Assembly: GCF_964204645.1 (NCBI RefSeq)
Contig: NC_134032.1
Coordinates: 10,652,275-10,716,274 of the forward strand
Direction of reading: 5' to 3'
DNA length: 64,000 bases
From: Tubulanus polymorphus
Taxonomy: Eukaryota > Animalia > Nemertea
Below the pieces are notes generated by a model, which saw only the letters and a list, made by a program, of their open reading frames with translations, was not told where the DNA came from and searched no databases. The position numbers were made by a program, and so were the translations under genes. Shown one piece after another: positions 53,501-63,506 of this stretch (its first letter is position 1; each line of letters begins with the position of its first letter).

Positions 53501-56500
53501 AATCAGTGGGGCTTAAAGGCTTACTATTTACCCAAAGATTCATGGCAAAAAGATCTTGTTGTTTGGTTTTAGCATAATGTAAGAAAAGAAACCTATTAAT
53601 CTGATCAATAGAATAGCAGCCTGTATCGAGTCTCACATGGATATTAATGGAAGGGTCACGGACAATCCTTGACTGCATCTGTGCTTTTATGTCCTCCAAC
53701 TGATTTTTGTGGGGCATAGTGGGGGCATCATCAGCCAAATGACATGAATTAGACATGTCACAAATTCTGAATGACGTGACCTTTGATGGCATAACAGGAG
53801 GAATTTTCAAAAACTGATAGTCATTGAGGCACATTTCTGTTGGATTGTAACTAAAATTTCTTCTACATACATGTTCATCATCAGAATCATTCTCATCACT
53901 ATCATCAATTATGATTGGTTCGATACCTCCACCACCTGTGATACTTAGCTGTTTTTTGTTTTCCATCCAGCTATCTTCCTGCATCTTTAATCTTTCTATC
54001 CTTTCTTTCGAACTATCTTCCTGCATCTTTTCTGCTTCCTCTATCGTTCCTTCCGAGAAATTGTCACAAGCCGCGTCCTTTCCTTCTTCCTCCATTGTCC
54101 GCCTGAAATACACATTATCAACTCACTTTTTTTAGACATATGAATAGATAGAGTATGAAATTACCCATATAGGCCTAACATAAAACATGGGTATCTCTGA
54201 GTCATTTGCATTAAGTCATTTAGATTTGTAGGTACTAAATTAATTGAATTATGTTGTACTTACATTTCAGTATGGTTTAAACTAACATGGTCTAGAAGAT
54301 CTTTCCAATTGGTGAATTCAACTCCGCAAAAACATGTCGAGTCAGCAGGATCCGTCTGTGGATGAATAACCTAATGTGGAAGAGCACATTAATCTGTTTT
54401 TGCTTCAACATCTAAGCAAAAATAACAAAAATGAACCCGCATCTCGCAGAAAGGGCATCAAACTTACATGTTCCACTGACTTCCTTTTTCTGTTAAATCT
54501 TTTAGTATTGTGACAACTTCTATTGTAGCATCCCTGAATATGAAAACAAAGCTTTACAGCATAAATCATACCAATACCAATGAATTTCTATAATTTCATT
54601 TCGAGAAACATATTACTCACGTTCTTAGTCTGATAAAAAGGAGTAAATAATTGAGGCTTTAAACAAATAGCAACACCAGCCACATCAATTTTAGTCATGT
54701 ACTGGAAAAAAAAGACAGATTTGTGCATGCACAGCCTTTAGGTAATTGTGAAATAAAAGTGACCAAACTAATATTAAATCATAAGTTCTTGAGATGATAT
54801 GTACCTGGTCGAATGTGAAAAAGGCTCTTTGATCTTCACAACAGAATTGTTTCCTTGTATGATGCGCAACGTCAAAACTGCTATACTGGATTGAAGGATA
54901 CAAAAAACTGTTAAAATATATCTAACTTTATAAAGATAAATCACGTACAAATCACTTAGGAAAACAACTTTACCACTATTGTTGAATCATCCCATGCTCT
55001 TGCTTGATCATCCTTCAATTTGTTTTTTGCTATCAGCTATCAATATGATTCATTAATTCAATGCAAGGATTTTGAATAAAGTGGTTTCGTATTCAAGTTA
55101 TAAAAACTAATTGCAAATCATTCATTTTCTAGGATATCAATGCTAAATGATTACCTTTCGTCGATGGACTGCTCTACTTCTTTGCATCTTTTCAATCTCA
55201 TATGGAAAGTATTGAGGGCACCTGATTAAGAATCATTCATTATTTCCAGTACAATCATAAAATTTATGTAGTTTGCATACCTGGTAATTGGATAAAATAA
55301 TGCAATTCTACGTACATTTCATCTTCATTTTTCAATAGCAGTAGTTCCATTATCCTGTTATTTATGAACTGATTTCCCTTACGGCTGGGGTGTAACAAGT
55401 CAGTCCTAGATCACAAAATTTAGAAAAAAACAAGTTAGTTTAAATCGCGAAAAAATGCACATAACCTACTGGGCTTATTAAAATTAAACGATTACTTACG
55501 GTGAAAGGAGATCTCTTGAGAAGTGAAAATCAACGAACTTTACACCAAGTGTAAAGCATTCGCGGTGCAGCATTTCATTGTAATGAAATATTTTTGTGTC
55601 AGCATCGAAACTTTAAAAAAGAAAGAAATTTAAAAATCATTACATCGATCATAAATATAGTACTTCAAGAAAAATCTATTCTTGATACTTACTCATCACA
55701 TCGAGGAAAAAGAGCTGGTACAATGATGGTCCCAGTACATTTATAGAGCAACAATCGAATTAATTCAACGTGTCTTCGCAGAACAATCTCAAGCGGGACA
55801 TCACGCGTCATATCATTTGTTCCAACATGGACGATTAGTTGTTCCACATTCAGCATCTTCACCTTTTTCAATTCTGTAATATACAACTAATCAGTAACCC
55901 AATGAAAATGAACAATATAAATCAGTACTGAACCGAGAAATTACCTTCCATCAATGTTTCAATGGTTCCTCCGGGGCACACGATCCTTGTCCATTCAAAT
56001 AAGCCTACACCATCTAGCCCAGCATACTTTAAAATGCTGTCTGCTACGAGACCAATATGCTACAAAAAAGATTATTTGTCAGTCTCAGGCCAATATCACA
56101 GGGAGGTGTGAGAGAGCACACTGGTTACTGTAAGACCCTACTACATGCAAAAGAAGTGACACATATATGTATATCAATGTGATAGAATTGATTGAAAAAA
56201 TTGTGCATAATAGTAGCTAGTGCCCAAAAATAGAACACAGTGTTATTGAAGTGAAAATTTCTAAAATCCTCTGAAGCGGTGCTTATTTGGTAGCTACATG
56301 GGTATTCTAATTGAATAAGCATAAAGATAAGCGTGCACACACAGTAGCCTATGCATAAACAAGGGCCAGTTTCACCTTCACCTAAAAGTCCTGCAGTGTG
56401 AAGACTAACTTGTTCACCTAAACCACCTCTACCAGGCTGTGGAAGGCCTAACATCAGGCACTAAATTAAAAGATTCCTCTAAATCAAATTATCTATAAAC

Positions 56501-59500
56501 ATCCTCTTAATTGCAGGCAGACTGATTCAGGGAGGGGTGCAGCCCAAAATAGGGCATACATATCAGTATCATATATAATTAAAAATCAAAAGGGCACCAG
56601 ATCATCAGAAAACATAATACCTATATTTTGGAAGTAGGCCTACAGAGAACATGTTTTGGAATATAAGCTTTTTAAAAATACTTGTTGATATTTTTAATTT
56701 TTCCTTTAAATTTCATTGCGACTTAAAAGTTTTAAGGGGTCTACACCCCTGTATACTCTCCTGATCTGCCCCTGAATTGCCACTTAACAAAATTTCTCAG
56801 CTTAATTGTTGGCTAACTAGCTCAGTGAAACTGGGACCAGACCTAATGCATACACCCTCAGTGGCCAGGGCCAGGATTAAACAGTTAGGCTACGTATATA
56901 AATAAAGGAATGAAAAGTACTTATCCTGAAATTGGTTAGGCTATCTATCTGCAACAAGAAATACATTTTCATTGACTCTGAATACAGGGAACTACCATTC
57001 TTCTGTTTCGAGGCCTTAAAATTTATTGTTTATTTTTTGTTGCTGGATTTGGAATGGTTGTTGGAATATTTAAGGCCTAATGTCTATTTATTAATTGATG
57101 AGACCTGTTTTTCTGGGATATTTTGCTTACTTTTTGGGGTACATACCTCATTTATGTCTTAACAGAATGCCAAAAATCGCGGACAACAACTGAATATCTG
57201 ATATATTTCCAGTTCTGTACCAATTAGATGGATTGGCAAAAAGACTCCTTAAGTCCAGTTTAATGAGAGAGAAAATCCTCCATTTTGTCAAATTTCTTGG
57301 ATTTGAACATTGTTACCATGCCTACGCCACCCTGATTTAGTTGTTGAGACCCCACAAGAAAAATAACTTCATTTCGTAGGCATGGTGACAATGTAAAAAT
57401 TCAAGAAATTTCACAAAATGGAGGATTTTCTCTCTCATTCAATTGGACTTAAGGAGTCTTTTTGCCAATCCATCTAATTGGTACAGAACTGGAAATATAT
57501 CGGATATTCAGTTGTTGTCCGCGATTTTTGGCATTCTGTTAAGACATAAATGAGGTATGTACCCCAAAAAGTAAGCAAAATATCCAAGAAAAACAGGTCT
57601 CATCAATTAATAAATAGACATTAGTAGGTGGTAACTGTGTACGGGCAACATAGGCCTATACCCAGTGGCATGGCAATGGCATGCCACTGGGTACCCACTA
57701 CTGCACTATAGTATACTGCCTACGGCTACTGCGACTGGTGGTTCGGTTGGCAGAAATTACTTGTTAACATGGGGGGGGGGGGGAGGGGGGAAGTAAGCGT
57801 GGATGAAGACAAATTAATTTAGCCGAGTAAGTAGCAAGCAAGTAAAGTAGTGGCAGTACAGTAGGCCTAGCGACAATGTGAGTGTGGTGGTAACGTGGCC
57901 GTGGTGGCAATAACAAGACTCCAAAACTGGCAAAAGCCAAAATTAAAAAGCCCTGCCGCCGCGCGGTCGCGACGCCTCGCCTGCACCACCGTGTACGATC
58001 CTCGCGGCGTTCACCAGTGTTACCCAGTGAGTTTTTTATAATCTTGCAATCTACCTCTTTTTTCAAACCAATATTCCCACCAACTGGTCCGGAGACAAGC
58101 TTAACACGTTCGGAAAACATGATTCACAATCTTTTAATCAACAGCCAGCAAGAATACACTTGACAGAAAATTCAAATTCAGCGGTTAACCGTTAAAAGTG
58201 AGTTGTTTAGCTGTGGGAGTAACAAAAAGGCGATCTTGATGACGTCACTAGCCATCGACCAAAACAGGCTTTCAACCTTTTGCTGCCATACGTGTAAAGA
58301 TCGAGTACCCATTATATAATTCATTATTCGAGTACATATCGATGCTTAATGAAAAAAATTATCTTTTGAATCTATCGATTCCAAAATGATTTCTCACGTG
58401 GATCGATCGCCCTGAATTGTTTTGTTCCCAATCCCAATCGAAATGTACTTACGTTGGGCCACATCGGGTAACATTTTACAATTGACGTCGATGAGCGGCG
58501 GTAGGCTAGGCGCAAATTCACTCTCAATTGTCAAATATGGACGGATTGTGGGTTGGGATAATTGCCGTAAGAGGCAGTAAGCGTGCTCGTTTGAGCAGAC
58601 AGTCCGGTATCTTCGAAACCATGACCATCAGTTTATTCCTAAAGAACAGTTATCATCGAATGGAAATTACAAATACAAATGATAATGATGATGCGACGAT
58701 GACGATAATGAAAATGCTAATAATGATAATAACAATAATAATAACGAATAAAACGATAAAGAATATTGATGATAATGATGACGATGATGATAATGTCACT
58801 TATGATGATACATCCTCCCCCGGCAGGGATTCGAACCTTGCCACGGTAAGAAACCCTGCCACACTAGACCGAGTGCGCAGCTACATGCGCAGCTTAGATG
58901 ATGTCATTGTTATGCAATGTTCAAAGTTGTCTGACAATAGAAAAACTCTTCTTGAAGTATTATATAGAAATTTTCCGGAATGCAGGAGGTCCTCAAGTGA
59001 GTGTAAATTCAGAATCATTATGTCAACTGTACAGATGGCGTATAGCCTTGGGAAATTTATAAAGGCTTCTTGCTAGATTCAGCTATGTGTATGTATATGA
59101 CATGATATGACGTTGTTTACTGAATCAGATTTTTTACTTGTACATAGCCTACTCATATGAACCGTCTCGGACTATTGAATCCTAGTCATAGTATAGAGAA
59201 ACGAGTGTATCTGCCTATCTTATCATGTTTGTACATAGTGCTATAAATTTTATCTGGTTTTGATATATACTATACATGTATTCTTCTTTGTTTTCCTCTT
59301 TATTGTAAAAAGCCAATAATGTCATTTGTATATTACGGTGCAATAAAGATTAAATTGAATTGAATTGAATTGAATTATTAGCCAATCACATATCCCGTTT
59401 TATTAAAGCCCGGGTTTCCCATTTACAGTTCTTCTGTGAAATGAAATTCACCTCAGCGATTATACAACGAGCAATCTGATTGGTGTCGCAGGTTTTCGCG

Positions 59501-61866
59501 CGGCAAAGCTGCGCATGTACCTGCGCACCCGGTCTAGTGTGGCAGGGGTTCGTGCCGTGGCTGAGTGTAGCGATGCCATCTGGTTCGAATCGCTGTCGAG
59601 GGAGGATGATAGGCCTATAGATCGATTAATAGTTATGTAATAATATTTTCCTCAGTGGGAAGTGATAAGATTACTTTAAACTTTCTGATCGTCTACAACA
59701 CGCCTGGTTACCTCCAAATAGCATCGCAGAAGGATTTCACGAGGCCGAAAGTTTCTTTTATAGCCGTCTGCATGTGTTGGCTACCCGCTGCAAACTTATT
59801 CGCTAACGGCACACCTTTTGCAATCGCGAGGGCTAAACCGGCGTTTAAGGCGTCCAATCCTGATTGGTTCGCATCATCGGCGCATTTCAGAACACGAGGC
59901 ACTCCACTCCACATACACAGGAAACGTTCCTCGTGCGCTTGAGCTCCTCCTAATGGCAAAAAATAGAACACGAATTGGTACAATAAAAACAAGTCGAACG
60001 AATGCGGATCATTTTTGAGATTTCATATTAGGTCAGCTCTTGATTGTCGCGTGGGAAGTCGTACCATTCTACCTGGTTATGGTGCATCCATGTGATTATG
60101 GATACACCACCGTGAAAACCGGGTTAAAGCAATTCATTTTGGCTCTATCGGGAATTTCAAAAATACGTGGTTTCAGGTCTTCTTTTTCAGATAATGAGAG
60201 TGATATAAAAAAAGCTTTACGGGTTCCAAATTTTAAACAAATTTTAAAGGGATGATATTTTTGCCTTAATAGATACACACGATTTCCACGCAGGCGAAAA
60301 TTTTCGAAAGATCTTCTATTACGATCAAAGCTTTTACCCGCGCAGAATCCCTGCAATGTCGATATAATGGTTGTTTCTATGTTCGTAGCGTTGAAATCAG
60401 CTGAACACAATCATCCACACGCCACTCCTTTTTTGATGTCATCTTCCAGGGTTCGTCTGTCAAAAAAGATTTTGCGATGCAATGACTTATTGTTATTCGT
60501 CAATCAAATTCTGTTATTCAAATTACTCACCCGGGGTCGAACACAGGTCTCGTGCGTAGAAAGCAAGCGTGCTAGCCAGTAGACCAAAAAGCCCCGTCCA
60601 CTCGGCCAGTGGTTATATACAGCTGTTCATGCGTAACACTGTGATCATTTTATCACAGATTCAAAAGAATTTAGCCCAAACACAAAAATGGTGTTCATTT
60701 CAAGAAGCTAAGCAGCTATTATCAGAATCATGGCTTGTCAATAAGCGACAAATAGAGTTCTGTATCTTTTTTCTTTTCATACGTTTAGTATCAGCATCAG
60801 TATCAGTATCAGTATCTTTTTTCATACGTTCATTATGTTTAGATACAGATACATCGAATACATTTCAAGCATCAATCAATGAGACCAGATTCTAATGCAT
60901 TGATATTCTTTGTTTATAATATACCTGTGGTCGACACAAAGTGCTTTGCGTAGTTGAGCAGAATCATCAGCATTTGCCGATACCTTCTTCAGGGTATCGA
61001 TCCAACCGCTCAACTTATTACCGATACAAGGTATCAAACTATCCATGATGCACATAGCTGGAATAGACGCATATAAACGTACATGTAATAACATGTCTGA
61101 CTTGAGGAAATTGGATCTAAATTTACGAATCATACCCAAATAAGCACGACAAAATGGCAGCACGAAATAACATAGATAGCGCGGTAAATAAAATAAAAAT
61201 AATTGTCTTGTCGCCCAAAAAAGACGTGAAAAAATGTTTTATTTCGTTGCCCTCAGATTCAGAACCCTGTCGGGAAGGATGAGGTAAACTAATACTGCTA
61301 ATGCTGCCATTTTACCCTTCCAGTGCGTCTATTTAAGTCAGCACCGAAAGGGTTTATGTTTTTCACGAATATTGCGAAAAACAGAAATTTCCTGAAACAT
61401 GTTCTACTATCGTTGGAACTAAAAACTAAAATGGCTCGGTTTCACCCACAGGGCATTTTATAGTTTCGACAAGATTGATGATTCAGTTATTCATGAATCC
61501 TATGTGCGAGCCGGAACCGAAAGCTACGTTTTTCTATATCTAAAGTATAATTCGGTTGGGCTAATCTATCACTTTTGTTTCTCTATTTACCTTGCATTGC
61601 TGGGCTTTGAGTCGTCATCGATTCATTTTCTAGCAAAATAAGATATCCTCACGAAGTTTAAAAAGCAGGAATTAAGGCATGTTCTGTGTCGTTTTGAAAC
61701 GGGAAATGATATCGCTGCAAATTCAGCTTAGCAAAAAGAGCGAAAACCGAATAACGGCCATGACTAACCGCATTCCATGCATTCATTCAACGATTCAAAT
61801 CTTACCTCGAGCGAACAAAACCACCAGAATAAAGACGTAAACTTTGAATGGCTCGTGAAACTTCAT
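41533..61866 (-). CDS. Secreted, probably GPI-anchored protein of four 6-Cys modules (~514 codons, one in-frame TGA); exons 61866-61806, 61629-61591, 61057-60925, 60456-60338, 59949-59712, 58610-58453, 45241-45076, 44465-44326, 44034-43812, 42751-42552, 41600-41533
   Basis: All introns are GT-AG with compatible phases (1,1,2,1,2,1,2,1,2,1). Signal peptide MKFHEPFKVYVFILVVLFAR; repeated C-x10-C..C..C-x6/8-C..C pattern; C-terminal small residues plus a hydrophobic tail (AAGGSTVMISLLIGVFVV*). In-frame TGA at 60411-60413. The acceptor at 58610 (ttcgaag) is weak. Family not recognised. Confidence 0.78.
43381..43641 (-). mobile_element. 5'-truncated retroposon with (ATCGTA)n tail and 6-bp TSD GGAAGA
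   Basis: GGAAGA at 43375-43380 and 43642-43647; AATAAA immediately precedes the microsatellite tail on the - strand. Confidence 0.7.
46715..47590 (+). repeat. Complex subterminal minisatellite within the MULE (gacatacagga / ctaacagtagacaattcaaccaatgaattgcga units) with a ~337-bp-period higher-order duplication
   Basis: The block starting at 46932 recurs almost exactly at 47269. Confidence 0.9.
48366..56059 (-). CDS. Spliced multidomain transposase of at least 2232 aa (SGNH hydrolase-C2H2-Ulp1-like protease-GATA ZnF-MULE DDE-SWIM-2xC2H2-PHD); exons 56059-55945, 55873-55693, 55610-55500, 55405-55316, 55221-55155, 55036-54974, 54885-54805, 54701-54621, 54533-54468, 54370-54264, 54102-48366; tentative first coding exon 56454-56410
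   Basis: Ten GT-AG introns of 71-161 bp give a stop-free 6699-nt frame. Motifs: ADS / PGG / HVGTND / DLLHP (SGNH); NHY / YADT / LQ..SVCG (C48); CIHC-x17-CSNC (GATA); IDVKH / HDKD / CNFH / TDNITE (MULE D-D-CxxH-E); CTC..CKH (SWIM); CPVC..CDNC..H..C..CFHC (PHD). Confidence 0.85.
52240..52535 (-). repeat. Coding tandem repeat encoding (PISNSESAPILTNEST)n linker
   Basis: In-frame repeated tgaatct(a/g)caccaattt units between the protease and GATA/transposase regions. Confidence 0.9.
57078..57624. mobile_element. Palindromic (foldback) MITE, ~545 bp with ~240-bp arms, nested in the MULE 5' region
   Basis: ctaatgtctatttattaattgatgagacc... is the reverse complement of ...ggtctcatcaattaataaatagacattag; the arms differ at few positions around a short central spacer. 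Confidence 0.9.
58909..59376 (+). mobile_element. 5'-truncated LINE (C-terminal end of ORF2, 3' UTR and (TTGAA)n tail) inserted into the MITE 58811-59608
   Basis: Peptide VMQCSKLSDNRKTLL..KFRIIMS..LGKFIKASC* resembles LINE ORF2 termini; AATAAA is followed by (ttgaa)n. The empty site tgtcattattag is seen in the MITE copy at ~20470 (- strand). Confidence 0.7.
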
Positions 61867-63381
61867 TCTTCCTAGATTTTTTATCTGGAATGTTAAGAAT
61901 GGGACTTCCTTAGAATATGAAAACAACTCTGCTAAACGTTTCGCGGTACCTGGTACTCGAATTATTTTATTTCGTTTCTTAAGTAAAAAACTGTCATTTT
62001 TGCGATACAAGACGCTGGAAATTCTAACGAACTGAGGAGTACTAGAAATGGCACCCATCGAGACGCAAAAGTGAAAAATCATAGGGCAAGAAATTTTTTC
62101 GTTTTTGTTCTGTATTTTTTTTTCGTGCGGTAGCGAAAACGAAAGTTGATTTTTTTAAAATCATGTCGTAAATATGGAAAGTCATAAAGCCAAAACAAAT
62201 ATTCTCGTTTTTACTCGGTAGAAAAAATGAAAGGATTCTGCGCCCAAGCAAAAACGTATTAGCATTGTAAGTTTCGTTTTGGTCAAAAGGAGCGAATGAA
62301 TCTACTAAATCTATTGAAAGAAAACGAAAGTGATGAGAAAAAGGAAAGAAAATCGAAAGATTATCATGAAAAAAAAGCTGGACGAAAAGGTTTTTTCGTT
62401 TAAATTAATTTTTCTCTGTTATGGTCCATTTATAAATGCATCGTTTATTAGTTAGGGAGGAATTCTAAAAAAGTGAAAAATCGAAAGCGAAAATGAAACG
62501 GAAAGAAATCGAAAAATTATCACGTATTACAATCATAGATATAATATGTATGCAATTTATCGATCAACAATGATCGTCTGCCATTCAAAACTAGCTGATC
62601 TCGAAGCTGTGCGTACATACCTTGCGCGCGATGATAGCTTCAAGGGAGTCCTTTCCTTCTACACTTTAGGAACGAAATTGTAAACAGGTTGCGCAGATTA
62701 TGAATCAATGTTGCAAAGCGCATTCATCAGAAAACCAGTTTTATTATTTCGTTTTATTATGTTAATGCTGAAATCCATTGCTTCTTTCATTGCAAATACA
62801 TTTGTTTGCGACTTAACGGTGAATATATCGTTACAATGCTGTTTATGTACATTGATTGATAGCCAGGGAGTAGCCCGTTGGATAACAATAATATTGAAAG
62901 GTTGTTTGTAACAAAGCAGTTGGTAGCAGTTTGTGTGTTTTTTTTGGCCAGCACACAGATCACATCGATCATTGTCAACAATCGAAGAAGTCCCACAATT
63001 CGAATTTTTCGTATCGATATAATTCATTGAAACGAAACCACAGCGTTTCGGTTGTTGACTAGCAGCCATCATCAGGTGGAATAACCAGAAACAGAAGAAA
63101 CAAGCAAAATAACTCACAGTAGGCCTACCTTGTTGCTTCTGATTGATATTTCAATGATATTCGGTATATGTATTCGATATTTCGAACGGCGCAACAGGTG
63201 GAACGGGCGATATGGGGAGCGTGTATTGACGAGGACCGTTGTGTTACTATACTATAAAATACTGCCACTACAGATTAGCCAACAATCTTACCACTTTCAC
63301 TGATACTACGATTCGTCGGTTATTTTCCAGACTGCATGAAATATTTCAAAATCAATTATGCCCCGAAACTTAAGTAATAAC

Positions 63382-63506
63382 TCAAACTCGGTTGTGTCGG
63401 CTCGTTTGGGTGTCGAGGTGTCGACGCTGCCGCAAACTGTCGAACATCAGGTGGTCGACATTGCTGTCATCCGTCAACCATGCCCCGTTCCTCAATGGGT
63501 TTGATC
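63382..63506 (-). CDS. Possible terminal coding exon of a neighbouring minus-strand gene
   Basis: Pyrimidine-rich acceptor (ctaccttatcgtccag) and a CpG-rich open frame SNPLRNGAWLTDDSNVDHLMFDSLRQRRHLDTQTSRHNRV*. No upstream exon or domain identified. Confidence 0.3.

Larger units (their letters stand above)
45638..58283 (-). mobile_element. 12,646-bp Mutator-like (MULE) DNA transposon, apparently intact, in intron 6 of the Cys-module gene
   Basis: 44-bp TIRs (45638-45681 gcaaaaggttgaaagcctgttttggtcgatggcgagtgacgtca; 58240-58283, 1 mismatch), a perfect 9-bp TSD TGCCATACG (45629-45637 and 58284-58292), G...C termini, and an encoded DDE transposase with CxxH and SWIM. Confidence 0.93.

Noticed and set aside
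54103-54113. ORF-track start (MYFR, GTG codon) of the 1915-aa ORF
   Set aside because: These bases are the polypyrimidine/AG acceptor (gtgtatttcag); the exon starts at 54102 and is in phase with the upstream exon.
45638-58283. Classification as Zisupton/KDZ, hAT or Polinton
   Set aside because: The 9-bp TSD and D-D-CxxH-E spacing with a downstream SWIM fit Mutator; no polB, integrase or capsid genes are present.
58528-59076. 182-aa plus-strand ORF
   Set aside because: A chimera of an antisense host exon, an (ATG/ATA)n low-complexity tract, a MITE arm and a LINE fragment.
62698-63117. 139-aa Cys-containing minus-strand ORF
   Set aside because: No coherent domain pattern or splice support that I can establish.
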